From IMG/VR virus record IMGVR_UViG_3300049846_002441, positions 1 to 50,202 of that record: a stretch of 50,202 nt of DNA; one strand, written 5' to 3'. The DNA is from a virus. Taxonomy: Duplodnaviria > Caudoviricetes. Numbering within the stretch: position 1 is the first letter of the stretch; every line of letters starts with the position of its first letter. The position numbers and the translations under genes are program-made. Under the pieces are notes generated by a model, which worked only from the letters and a program-made list of their open reading frames with translations, was not told the origin of the DNA and searched no databases. Positions 1 to 7,771 of this stretch are shown here, piece by piece.

Positions 1-127
1 CGGACTTTGCATCTTCTGTCGCCTTAACGGTCATAGGCGACCACCATCCGCCGCCGATTTCATCCTCTTGGTTGTTCTTCGTGTCGTGGGCTGCTCGCTT
101 TATCAATTCATCAAGTGCAGCCTCAAC
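1..127. repeat. 127-bp terminal direct repeat, copy 1 (circular-assembly overlap)
   Basis: Identical to 50076-50202; 127 is a common assembler k-mer length. Confidence 0.95.
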
Positions 128-292
128 ATCCCCCGCCACCTCAGCGATGCGAAGAGCGCGGAGGATGGTGGGGATGTACCTCCGAGGGACATCGACGTTT
201 GGCCCCTCGACCTTTCCTAGGCGTCTGTCGATTGATTCGTGCCAAGTTAGTTCAACCGCGATCGCCGCGAATTCGTTTGGTGTGTCTGTCAT
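1..292 (-). CDS. Hypothetical protein spanning the circular join (292->1, then 50075->50035; 110 aa)
   Basis: ATG at 292 just after the recombinase stop; MTDTPNEFAAI...KAREASQ* stays open across the join and ends in an ATGA overlap with 49760..50038. Confidence 0.75.
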   Translation of the reverse strand, partial: MTDTPNEFAAIAVELTWHESIDRRLGKVEGPNVDVPRRYIPTILRALRIAEVAGDVEAALDELIKRAAHDTKNNQEDEIGGGWWSPMTVKATEDAKS

Positions 293-296
293 TTCT

Positions 297-1259
297 TCAA
301 ACCCTAGCACCGCTGATCGTTTTTGCCTTTGCTGAAATCATCGCGTCGTAGCCGGTAACCGGCATCAAATGCGCGTACGTTGTGAGAAGTGTTTGCATAC
401 TGACGCCGGTCACTTCCGAAAGATTGAAGAGCGGCACGCCGGCCGCGACGCGCCACGTCAGGAACGTGTGCCGAAAGACGTGTGGTGTGACACCGCTGAC
501 CCCGGATAGGCGGCAAAGTTCCTTGCAGGCCTCACCCGCGTTGAACTTCGCTGGAAGCACTGTGTCGCCTCGTTCGTTGCCGCAGTCGCGAAACCAGCGG
601 CGCAGAACGCGGAACATCGCAGGGTGCATCGGCTGTCTAGCCGCTCGTTTTTTCGTCTGTGGTTTGGTGCGGTCAACGAAGTCGACCGTTCTTGTCGCAA
701 AGTCGACTTGCGGAAACCAGCGAAGCGCACTTATGCGGCCGCTGCGCTGAGCGGAGTAGAGCGCGATCCAGACGAAGACCTCTTCCGGGCCGAGTTTCCA
801 CGCAGCGTTGCCGTTGCGCATCTGGCGGTATTTTCTGGCGGCGCGAAGGAAGTCGGCGGCCTCTTTGCGAGTGAGGAAGCGCTCACGGCGCGCCCAGCCA
901 ATGTTGGTGTCAAAGGTCGGCGCGGCGCCGGGCGAAAGCCTGCGCTTTCGAATGGCGCGGTTTATCGCAGCCTTGAGTAAGCGAAGATCCTTGTCGATCG
1001 AGTGCAGTTTTGACGGGTTTCCTATTTCCCCCGCGGTTCTCAGGCGGATGAACTCGTCGGTATCCTCCTGCGTAACGTCACCTATTGGCGTGTCCCCGAA
1101 GTGCGCCTTCAGCCACTTGATGCTTGTCCTCGAGCTCGGCGCGGTTGCGGCGGACCCAGAGCGCGTCAGGTGGGTGTCGTAGTACCAGTCGAGAAGTTCG
1201 TGGATGAACACGAGAATCGACGGGGTCTTGATGCTTGGCGGCTCAACGTGCATGTTCAT
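297..1259 (-). CDS. int: Tyrosine recombinase/integrase
   Basis: Catalytic motifs YSAQR (R), QTKK (K), PHVFRHT (HxxR), TTYAH (Y); core-binding region upstream. Start codon uncertain. Confidence 0.9.
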   Translation of the reverse strand: MNMHVEPPSIKTPSILVFIHELLDWYYDTHLTRSGSAATAPSSRTSIKWLKAHFGDTPIGDVTQEDTDEFIRLRTAGEIGNPSKLHSIDKDLRLLKAAINRAIRKRRLSPGAAPTFDTNIGWARRERFLTRKEAADFLRAARKYRQMRNGNAAWKLGPEEVFVWIALYSAQRSGRISALRWFPQVDFATRTVDFVDRTKPQTKKRAARQPMHPAMFRVLRRWFRDCGNERGDTVLPAKFNAGEACKELCRLSGVSGVTPHVFRHTFLTWRVAAGVPLFNLSEVTGVSMQTLLTTYAHLMPVTGYDAMISAKAKTISGARV

Positions 1260-1283
1260 GGCTCAGTTCCGGGAGGTAGCGCT

Positions 1284-1907
1284 GTGGCGAAGTTCATGTG
1301 GACGATTGAGAGCGATGACGTCAAAGAGGCGATCCGCATCAACGAAGAGATGGCGGCGATGATGTATCGCATCAACAAAAAGGAAAAGGCGCCGTTGCGG
1401 CGGCCGGGCGGGGGCGGGGTTTCTGATACGGACCTTGAGGTGGTGAACCCGGCCACGCAGGAGCGGGTTACGCGCACCAAGAACGCGAAGGGCATTCGAG
1501 AGGCTGTCGACCAGCTTGTTGCGTGGGCCGCGATCGCGCCGTCGCACGGCGATCTGCGGCAACTGGTGAACGAGAACCAAGAGTTCATCCGCACACTGAT
1601 TAACCGGGCGCAGAAGGAGCGCCTGGCGAAGCACGTCAGCGATCGGGAGGCGAAGATTGCTTCGGAGGCTCGGTTCAGCGCCGCACCGCCGACGGCGAGC
1701 GCCGTCGATGCGCCCAAGCCAACGCAGGAGATCCTCACGAACGAACTGCGATCGCTCTTTGATGTCGGCGGGGAGGCCGCGTGCGTGGAAGTGCTGAGGG
1801 CGTTCAAGGTTGCAACGCTCGCCGAGTTGCCAGAGAACCTTTGGGCGGACGCTTTGGTCGCCATAAGGTCCGCTGGTGTGGCGCACTGCGCTGCGCAGCC
1901 GAGATGA
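1284..1907 (+). CDS. Hypothetical phage protein, lone rightward gene in the leftward arm
   Basis: GGAGG at 1272-1276 before GTG 1284; C-terminus GGEAACVEVLRAFKVATLAELPENLWADAL resembles a small helical domain common in phage proteins. Confidence 0.65.
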   Translation: MAKFMWTIESDDVKEAIRINEEMAAMMYRINKKEKAPLRRPGGGGVSDTDLEVVNPATQERVTRTKNAKGIREAVDQLVAWAAIAPSHGDLRQLVNENQEFIRTLINRAQKERLAKHVSDREAKIASEARFSAAPPTASAVDAPKPTQEILTNELRSLFDVGGEAACVEVLRAFKVATLAELPENLWADALVAIRSAGVAHCAAQPR

Positions 1908-1938
1908 TGCGCTCCGACCAAGCCCGCCGACTCGGCGG

Positions 1939-2712
1939 TCATGCCGGGAATTCCCTGACCCGAAGCGCCTCCGGGAACAGATCAAAATTCTCGTAGTCTC
2001 GCGTGTCGGCTTGCGATAGCTGCTTCATAAAAAACGCGGTGCGCATGGTTTGGCAGGAGATGCGCAGCCCAATCGCGGTCTGCGTGGGGAGCGGGCGAGC
2101 GCTCGCGCCGCTCTCACCTCCAACAACAACCCATTGCACCCAGCTGTGATCTGGGGTCAGTCGTACGTTATCGATCAGCGGCTCGACGGAAAGCCAGCGC
2201 ACCTGCGCGTTCGTCAGCCGAAGATGTGCGCCAAACGTCTCGAGATCTCGCTGCTCGGCGATCGACACGCCGCACCACAAATTTCTCAGAGGCCTTCCCG
2301 GGTAGCGAGCGTTTACGTATTGACGCATACGGCTTGGCCGCTTGGTTAAGATCTGGAACGTGTGACATGGGCACGCTTCCATCTCTTCAAAAATCGCATC
2401 GAGCCAGTTGTCACGAACGAAATCGGCGAACAGGTCGGTCATGCTGCAAACGAAGATCTTGAGCGACTGTCGCTTGTGCCACCGGCGGGGCTGGCTCATC
2501 ATGTTGGCGTCGAGGAAGACGTCGATCTTCGACTTGTTCCCTGGTTTGAATTTTAGCCCCGTCCCGAGCCTGACGTTGAACGTCTCAGCGTAGCAGTTTT
2601 CGCACGCACGCGTCACGTGGCTGCAGTGCCAACCAACCTTCCCCGTCGCTTTGTTTTTTGCCCGGATTGGGTTCCACGAGTAGTCCGTCCACGCAATCGA
2701 TGTTTTCCCCAT
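1939..2712 (-). CDS. Phage Gp37/Gp68 (DUF5131) family, radical-SAM-like
   Basis: TSIAWTDYSWNP, CxxxxxxCxxC (CSHVTRACENCYA), FVCSMTDLF, ILTKRP, SVEPL, VVGGESG, LRVREFP. Confidence 0.93.
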   Translation of the reverse strand: MGKTSIAWTDYSWNPIRAKNKATGKVGWHCSHVTRACENCYAETFNVRLGTGLKFKPGNKSKIDVFLDANMMSQPRRWHKRQSLKIFVCSMTDLFADFVRDNWLDAIFEEMEACPCHTFQILTKRPSRMRQYVNARYPGRPLRNLWCGVSIAEQRDLETFGAHLRLTNAQVRWLSVEPLIDNVRLTPDHSWVQWVVVGGESGASARPLPTQTAIGLRISCQTMRTAFFMKQLSQADTRDYENFDLFPEALRVREFPA

Positions 2713-2715
2713 TTG

Positions 2716-2973
2716 CTAACTCACAGTTCTCGGAAGCGGCCACTCCCAATACGGCTGCGTGAGGATTGGACCGCGGATTGATTTGTGTGGAAGCTGAACC
2801 GCAACGACGGCGCCGGCCTCGTTCTGGAACACGTGCGCGTTGATAATGAGCCCGTTCGCCTCGGTCACGATGGCTGGCGCGCTACGGTGCGCTTCAGACT
2901 CGATCGGCGGGTTCGTGGCGATCACTATTTCTCCGACGCGCGGCTCTTGGATGAGGATTTGTGGCTTGCTCAA
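2716..2973 (-). CDS. Hypothetical protein
   Basis: Fits the leftward operon; GGAGAG before a TTG start; PRVGEIV...PAIVT...WEWP pattern. Confidence 0.65.
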   Translation of the reverse strand: MSKPQILIQEPRVGEIVIATNPPIESEAHRSAPAIVTEANGLIINAHVFQNEAGAVVAVQLPHKSIRGPILTQPYWEWPLPRTVS

Positions 2974-2982
2974 GGCGCTCTC

Positions 2983-3129
2983 CTAAATTGTGATGGTGCC
3001 GCGAAGGGCGGTGTCTGCGGTGGGTGGGGTAACGATCTCGGTGCACGCTTGCGGCCGCGGCGGCGCGAAGACTGGCAGGAATGCGCCAAGCAGCGCGGCG
3101 AGCGTGAAGATGGCGACTGCGATTCTCAT
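2983..3129 (-). CDS. 48-aa membrane-anchored peptide
   Basis: GGAGG before ATG; MRIAVAIFTLAALLGAFLPVFAPPRPQAC...; below the ORF-track size cutoff. Confidence 0.6.
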   Translation of the reverse strand: MRIAVAIFTLAALLGAFLPVFAPPRPQACTEIVTPPTADTALRGTITI

Positions 3130-3186
3130 GTAACCTCCGTTGCAGGGTGCCCCCGGGATCTACCCGGGGGTGTGGTCGACTTTGGC

Positions 3187-3441
3187 CTACTCGGCCGCGT
3201 CTTTGGTTTGCTCCGTGATGGGATTCTCGCCGGTGTTCGCCGCTTCCACGTCGACCGACTGCTGGTTCACCGGCAGCCGCGGCACCAACTGGTCGAGGTC
3301 GGAGAGTAGGTGCGCGACGGTTTCTGCAAACCCATCCCTGTTTTCGGGTGGAAACGAACGTGAGCGGTCGGTGCCTTCAATATCATCCTCGACCGTGACG
3401 TTCCCGTCGTGGTACTGGCGGATTTTTATCAGTTTCTCCAT
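3187..3441 (-). CDS. Acidic hypothetical protein
   Basis: AGGAGGAG before ATG; followed by hairpin CCCCCGGG-N5-CCCGGGGG at ~3150-3170. Confidence 0.7.
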   Translation of the reverse strand: MEKLIKIRQYHDGNVTVEDDIEGTDRSRSFPPENRDGFAETVAHLLSDLDQLVPRLPVNQQSVDVEAANTGENPITEQTKDAAE

Positions 3442-3490
3442 GCTACTCCTCCTTGCGACCTGTCAGCGGCCGGTCGCACTAGCCGATTGG

Positions 3491-3637
3491 TCAGCCGAAT
3501 AGGACTTGGCGGGGCCGCGGCCGCTCTCTCTGAGGCTCGCAAGGCGCCGGGCGCCGCTCAAACACCGCCATGATGGCGAGGAGCAAAATCACCGTAAGAA
3601 GAGTCCCCATAACCGCGTAAACCCTGTCCCTGTTCAT
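3491..3637 (-). CDS. 48-aa membrane-anchored peptide
   Basis: ATGA overlap with the ATPase stop; MNRDRVYAVMGTLLTVILLLAIMAVFERRPAPC... Confidence 0.55.
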   Translation of the reverse strand: MNRDRVYAVMGTLLTVILLLAIMAVFERRPAPCEPQRERPRPRQVLFG

Positions 3638-4860
3638 GGCCGCGAAAGCTCCTTCAGCCGTTTCGTTACCGCCTTCTGAACGGCGGCGTATGCTAGGCCG
3701 TGGCCCTCGTTCATCACAAAGTCCATGTGCGGCGTGTTGACCTTGAGGAATGCGTCGAGGCTTGTCTGCGATTTCAATCTCTCGATCTGCGAGAGCATCC
3801 CGTTACGCCAGATCTCAACGTCGTCTGTGCGGTGGCCATCACCTTTCGACGAAGTGATGATGATGTAGTTGCCATCGCCGATTAGTCTGTCGGCGCCGGC
3901 AAGGCGTTCCGTGTCCGCTTTTTTGTCCGGTTGCTGCGGGGCGGCTTCTTGTTTGTTTTCAGACAGTTGCGGATCCTGAGTCATAGGATCTGCATTTTTT
4001 TTGTCCGATTTTGCGTCCGCTTTGACCATTTTGCCGGGTCCGGCAATACGGCCGCCGCTGGCCCAGCGCGCGATCGCGCGACCAGCGTCTTCGTCGACGC
4101 ACCTATTGCCCTCGAACGCGGGCTTATGCTGCCCCTCGATTTTCAGGAATGACGGGATGCCAGGCTTCTCGGTGGTGAGCAGCATCGAGAGCGTCATCTC
4201 AAACATAAACTGCTTCTCGCAGATCGGCTGTATCCCCATATCGACAATGACGGTCTTCTCGTATGTTTTGCCGTTTCGCCCCTCTTCTTTCACCTTGTCG
4301 AACTTGATCTTTGGCTCGGCGCGAAGGCAGAAGATGATGTGCATTTGCCGCTGCAACAGGCGCACCATCATTTTCTTGTGCCGCCGTTTTGGGTCTTTCC
4401 ATGAGAGCGCTGTTAGGCGTTCGGCCTTCTTTGCGTCGAACACGCCGTTCTCGTCAGTGCACATGCGCGCGAGAGCTTCTTGCGCCATATCATCGATGCC
4501 ACCTTCACCAGCGTATTCGTGGCTCATCGAGTCGACGATAAGGGCGCCGTACCCTGCCGCCTCTGCCTGCAAGATCGTTTTGAGGTATTGCTCCGGTGTG
4601 AACGGTGCAGTGATCTCGAAGTGGTCGAAGTCGAACGTTTCTTTGAAGTCGGGCTCGTCACCTATCGGCGGCGCGTAGTGAAGGCCGCGACCGTTCTCGG
4701 TGTCGCCGAATGCAATACGCTTGCCTGTGCCGTCGAGCAGCCCGGTGGCAAAACGCAGCGCCGATTTGGTCTTGCCGCCGCCGGTGGTGCCGGCGATCGC
4801 AACCAGAACATACTCGTTCACGCGCACCGCCTTCTTGAAGGGATTTTCGTCTGCGTTCAT
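3634..4860 (-). CDS. AAA ATPase, Sak4/AAA_24-like recombination protein
   Basis: Walker A GTTGGGKT, DTENG, Walker B LIVDSMSHE, HIIFCLRA; same operon as the RecE-like nuclease. Confidence 0.85.
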   Translation of the reverse strand: MNADENPFKKAVRVNEYVLVAIAGTTGGGKTKSALRFATGLLDGTGKRIAFGDTENGRGLHYAPPIGDEPDFKETFDFDHFEITAPFTPEQYLKTILQAEAAGYGALIVDSMSHEYAGEGGIDDMAQEALARMCTDENGVFDAKKAERLTALSWKDPKRRHKKMMVRLLQRQMHIIFCLRAEPKIKFDKVKEEGRNGKTYEKTVIVDMGIQPICEKQFMFEMTLSMLLTTEKPGIPSFLKIEGQHKPAFEGNRCVDEDAGRAIARWASGGRIAGPGKMVKADAKSDKKNADPMTQDPQLSENKQEAAPQQPDKKADTERLAGADRLIGDGNYIIITSSKGDGHRTDDVEIWRNGMLSQIERLKSQTSLDAFLKVNTPHMDFVMNEGHGLAYAAVQKAVTKRLKELSRP

Positions 4861-5027
4861 ACTTGCACCCTTATGCGTCGATCGTCATCTCGAGTTTCTG
4901 CTTGCTGCAAGCCCAACTCAACAGCCTCGAGCAGGGCGTCGTGAAGCTCGCCCTCTGTCAGATCTTCAATGCGCTTTCCGCGCCAGTATATCTGGATGTC
5001 GGTTAGGATTTTGGCTTGCTTGGTCAT
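4857..5027 (-). CDS. Small hypothetical protein starting MTKQAKILTD
   Basis: 56 aa, ATGA overlaps at both ends; N-terminus encoded by repeat A. Confidence 0.65.
   Translation of the reverse strand: MTKQAKILTDIQIYWRGKRIEDLTEGELHDALLEAVELGLQQAETRDDDRRIRVQV
4998..5026. repeat. Junction repeat A, copy 1 (also 5556-5584 and 5842-5870)
   Basis: GTC(G/A)GTTAGGATTTTGGCTTGCTTGGTCA, 29 nt, three copies, one mismatch. Confidence 0.95.
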
Positions 5028-5269
5028 GGCTTGGCCTTGATGGATCGAACGGCGGCACTTGATCCGTTTTCGAGCCCCTGCCAGTAAACAGCCACGAACG
5101 CATCTCTAAGACCTTCTAGCCCGTGCCCTAGGTTATAGTGTACCGTTGGACCGATGATGTCCCAAAGATGATCGCGTGTGTCTTCGTCGAGTTCTAGCTT
5201 GGTGAAGTCACGGCGCGGCACGACCGGGACCGGCGGGAGCAACATTATCGGGATGCGCCGTTCACTCAT
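5024..5269 (-). CDS. Hypothetical protein
   Basis: Overlap-coupled ORF in the small-gene array. Confidence 0.65.
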   Translation of the reverse strand: MSERRIPIMLLPPVPVVPRRDFTKLELDEDTRDHLWDIIGPTVHYNLGHGLEGLRDAFVAVYWQGLENGSSAAVRSIKAKP

Positions 5270-5525
5270 CGCCGAGCACCTTGGTCGCGTTTTGAATCAC
5301 GACTTGCGGGTGCAGCGTGCCGTTGCGCGCCTGTGTGCGAAGGTAGGAAAGCGCCCCGCGCGCTGCCTCTAGCTCCGCGTCAAGGACTGCGATGTGCTCA
5401 ATAAATTCATCGCGATGGTCGGCAGCCTGTGCCCATGCCTCACCCACATCGCCGGGCGGGTCTTCAATCTCTTCAAAAATCTCTGACATCCTTTCAGCGC
5501 TTACCCTCTTGGCATCACAAGTCAT
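5262..5525 (-). CDS. Hypothetical coiled-coil protein (in-frame upstream GTG at 5585 also possible)
   Basis: GAGGTGA SD and ATG supplied by repeat B; repeat A lies in frame upstream. Confidence 0.65.
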   Translation of the reverse strand: MTCDAKRVSAERMSEIFEEIEDPPGDVGEAWAQAADHRDEFIEHIAVLDAELEAARGALSYLRTQARNGTLHPQVVIQNATKVLGDE

Positions 5526-5548
5526 AAAATCACCTCTCGAATCACTTT
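5520..5548. repeat. Junction repeat B, copy 1 (also 6291-6319)
   Basis: AGTCATAAAATCACCTCTCGAATCACTTT, 29/29 identical; contains SD and ATG on the minus strand. Confidence 0.95.
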
Positions 5549-5581
5549 TGCGCGCGTCAGTTAGGATTTTGGCTTGCTTGG

Positions 5582-5746
5582 TCACTTGAGCCACCTACGC
5601 GGCCAAAGCGGGAGCATCCACTTGGTATGCTTTTGCGCACTGACATGGCTCAGGTAAACTAGGCCAATCACTCGCGTCATTATGAACACGACCGACCAAC
5701 TGCGACCAAAGTGAATTTCAATCCCGCCTGCGACTTTGCTAATCAT
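5582..5746 (-). CDS. Small hypothetical protein (54 aa)
   Basis: MISKVAGG...PRRWLK*; ATGA/GTGA overlaps at both ends. Confidence 0.5.
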   Translation of the reverse strand: MISKVAGGIEIHFGRSWSVVFIMTRVIGLVYLSHVSAQKHTKWMLPLWPRRWLK

Positions 5747-5871
5747 GCTCGCACAACCCTTCCTTCAGTGATGAACCAGTGAAACCCGCACGACTGACAA
5801 CTGATGGACGGCGAACCTCGCTCAATCAACCATGCGGTCGCGTCGGTTAGGATTTTGGCTTGCTTGGTCAT
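5743..5871 (-). CDS. Small hypothetical protein starting MTKQAKILTD (42 aa, one CxxC)
   Basis: ATGA overlaps at both ends; ...ISCQSCGFHW... Confidence 0.5.
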   Translation of the reverse strand: MTKQAKILTDATAWLIERGSPSISCQSCGFHWFITEGRVVRA

Positions 5872-6296
5872 GGGGTGCCGCCAAAAAACGGGATCATCTT
5901 GTTTTCCTGATAGCTCGATGCGATGCGTGGCCGCACGTGCTGCGCCACAGTCTGCCCATCCGGCATGACGATGTTCGCCAAAAACTCATCCTCGAACGTG
6001 GCTATCCCGGACGCAACCGCTTCCAGTTTTGCCTTGATGCACATGGCCAGCGCGCGCCACAGGCGCCGCTCTTCCTGAGCGAACTTCTCAGGCGTAAATT
6101 TACCGGCGTTCGGCATTTGGAGGCGGAACATCACGCGCCGACCCTTGGCCTCGAAAGCAAGAATCGCCTCCGTCGCGTTCTGCCCGCTCATGAACGACTT
6201 GGCGCCGTACTTCGTTAGCAGGCGCTCAATTTCAGAGCGTGTCTGGCCGACCGGGACGCGCGTGCTCTCAGCGAAGCGGCGGCTTGGTCCAGTCAT
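5868..6296 (-). CDS. Conserved phage hypothetical protein
   Basis: Start in repeat B; TRSEIERLLTKYGA...WRALAMCIKAKLEAV...FEDEFLANIVMPDGQTV recalled as a widespread phage family. Confidence 0.8.
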   Translation of the reverse strand: MTGPSRRFAESTRVPVGQTRSEIERLLTKYGAKSFMSGQNATEAILAFEAKGRRVMFRLQMPNAGKFTPEKFAQEERRLWRALAMCIKAKLEAVASGIATFEDEFLANIVMPDGQTVAQHVRPRIASSYQENKMIPFFGGTP

Positions 6297-6390
6297 AAAA
6301 TCACCTCTCGAATCACTTTCGCTACCGCCAGGAATCGTACCACGCAAAATCCGGCTCAATTCTGCCGCCAGTCGCAATCTTGTAGTTTTG

Positions 6391-6696
6391 CTACGGACTG
6401 AGCGCCGGGTTTTCCATCGCGGCGGGTCTGATCGCCATACAGACGAAACCGCGCTCGATGCCGAACGCTGGCCCGGCGATCAAATACGTCACGTCCACAA
6501 GCATGTGACGCCCCGTGTACGCCTCCCGCTTTGGCAGCCACTCTCGCAGGTGCAGGATATCGCCGACGCGGAACGGCTGTTCGCCGTCGTCCTTGCGGAC
6601 CTCGAAGGTTTTCTCGCCGCGCTCGATCGCTTCGTAGAATTCGGGCCATATTTTGAGCCTGCGTACGGCCCTGTGTTGGAGTTCGTCTTTGCTCAT
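6391..6696 (-). CDS. DUF3850 / ASCH-like protein
   Basis: LKIWPEFYEAIERGEKTFEVRKDD..FRVGDILHLREW..YTGR. Confidence 0.88.
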   Translation of the reverse strand: MSKDELQHRAVRRLKIWPEFYEAIERGEKTFEVRKDDGEQPFRVGDILHLREWLPKREAYTGRHMLVDVTYLIAGPAFGIERGFVCMAIRPAAMENPALSP

Positions 6697-7094
6697 GGCC
6701 TGGCCTTGAGTGCTGCAATTTTTTCCATCAGATTTCCCCATTGCCGCTCTTGCTCTTTCACGTCGCGCTTGATCGGCGCGAGTGCGGCCTTGTGCTTTTC
6801 GATGCGAATCTCAAGGATTTTTGTGCAATTTGGCGCAAAGTCCGCTGGCAGGGTTGGCGCAAGGCGCGCCCACTCATCTAACATCCATGAGAAATCCAAC
6901 TCCCGCGCCTTCCCCTCGGCGGCAACCAAATCCTTCACGCGCTCCGCATCGGTGGCTAGTGATCGGTCTAGGTCGTGACGCAACCGCTCGACTTCGGCGA
7001 ACACAATGGCGATAGCCATCGTCGGTGCCGGGGGCTGCGGGCCGCTCCAATTCACCCACTCCCGCACCCGCTCCATCGCTTCCTCTATCGTCAC
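6693..7094 (-). CDS. Hypothetical coiled-coil protein
   Basis: GTGA/ATGA overlaps at both ends. Confidence 0.65.
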   Translation of the reverse strand: MTIEEAMERVREWVNWSGPQPPAPTMAIAIVFAEVERLRHDLDRSLATDAERVKDLVAAEGKARELDFSWMLDEWARLAPTLPADFAPNCTKILEIRIEKHKAALAPIKRDVKEQERQWGNLMEKIAALKARP

Positions 7095-7360
7095 GGCTTC
7101 ACTTCCGCGTTAATAGATGCCGCAATAGCGCGGCGAAGTTGGTCACTTGGTATTTTGGCAAAACCGATAACCTCTATCGCAGCGACAAGCATTTCGTCGC
7201 TCACGTCCTCCGGCCGTATGGCGGCAAGGCCGGCGCGGGCCTGCGGTCGCCAGTCGCGCCACGCCGGCCAATCACCCATCTGCGATTTGGCGTCCGCCGA
7301 TTCTTCCGGGCCAACGCTTTCGCAAATCGCCCGCGCCATTCTCTCAACAATGCCGGTCAT
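7091..7360 (-). CDS. Hypothetical protein
   Basis: Start in repeat C; IVERMARAIC...QARAGLAAIRP..SDEML motif typical of alphaproteobacterial phage small proteins. Confidence 0.7.
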   Translation of the reverse strand: MTGIVERMARAICESVGPEESADAKSQMGDWPAWRDWRPQARAGLAAIRPEDVSDEMLVAAIEVIGFAKIPSDQLRRAIAASINAEVKP

Positions 7361-7373
7361 GGCTTCTCCTGTG
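7355..7373. repeat. Junction repeat C, copy 1 (also ~7540-7569 and ~7736-7763)
   Basis: TCA(T/C)GGCTTCTCCTGTG(GTTCGGCTGCG); minus strand reads CAGGAGAAGCC(A/G)TGA, i.e. SD plus stop/start. Confidence 0.93.
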
Positions 7374-7545
7374 TGAGAACGTTGACAAGCGTTTCGGCTT
7401 CGGTAAATCGCATCGGGTTTTCGCAGTACGCAAGCGCGTCCTTGGGCTTCAGTCCAGTCGCTTGGCAAAGCCTACACCTGCCCACGAATGGCTGTCCCTT
7501 TGGCGATGTGCGCTCAATGGCGTGGAGTTGCTGCGTCGTGGTCAT
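7357..7545 (-). CDS. Small Cys-containing hypothetical protein
   Basis: Bounded by two copies of repeat C; ends QEKP. Confidence 0.7.
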   Translation of the reverse strand: MTTTQQLHAIERTSPKGQPFVGRCRLCQATGLKPKDALAYCENPMRFTEAETLVNVLTQEKP

Positions 7546-7739
7546 GGCTTCTCCTGTGGTTCGGCTGCGAATGTCGTTGACGCGAAAAACCGAGCGCCAC
7601 GAAACCGGCCGTATTCGAGATGGAAAAGCTCGGTCAAGTACAGTGTCCCGCCATCGACGCGAATTGCCGTGATCAACATCGATTTCATGTTGACGATTGT
7701 CTTCTCGACTAACTTGTTCTCGTCCTTCTTCTTGCTCAC
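7542..7739 (-). CDS. Small hypothetical protein
   Basis: Bounded by two copies of repeat C; ends QEKP. Confidence 0.6.
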   Translation of the reverse strand: MSKKKDENKLVEKTIVNMKSMLITAIRVDGGTLYLTELFHLEYGRFRGARFFASTTFAAEPQEKP

Positions 7740-7771
7740 GGCTTCTCCTGTGGTTCGGCTGCGTGGCCATG

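Noticed and set aside
1-127. Terminal repeat as a biological DTR or att core
   Set aside because: It falls mid-ORF and its length matches a standard assembly k-mer.
297-1259. Recombinase as inactive because the LGH motif reads TGV
   Set aside because: The second His position is variable in tyrosine recombinases; R, K, HxxR and Y are present.
4998-5870. Repeat A as a CRISPR mini-array
   Set aside because: Spacing is irregular (558 and 286 nt), the intervening DNA is whole ORFs, and there are no cas genes.
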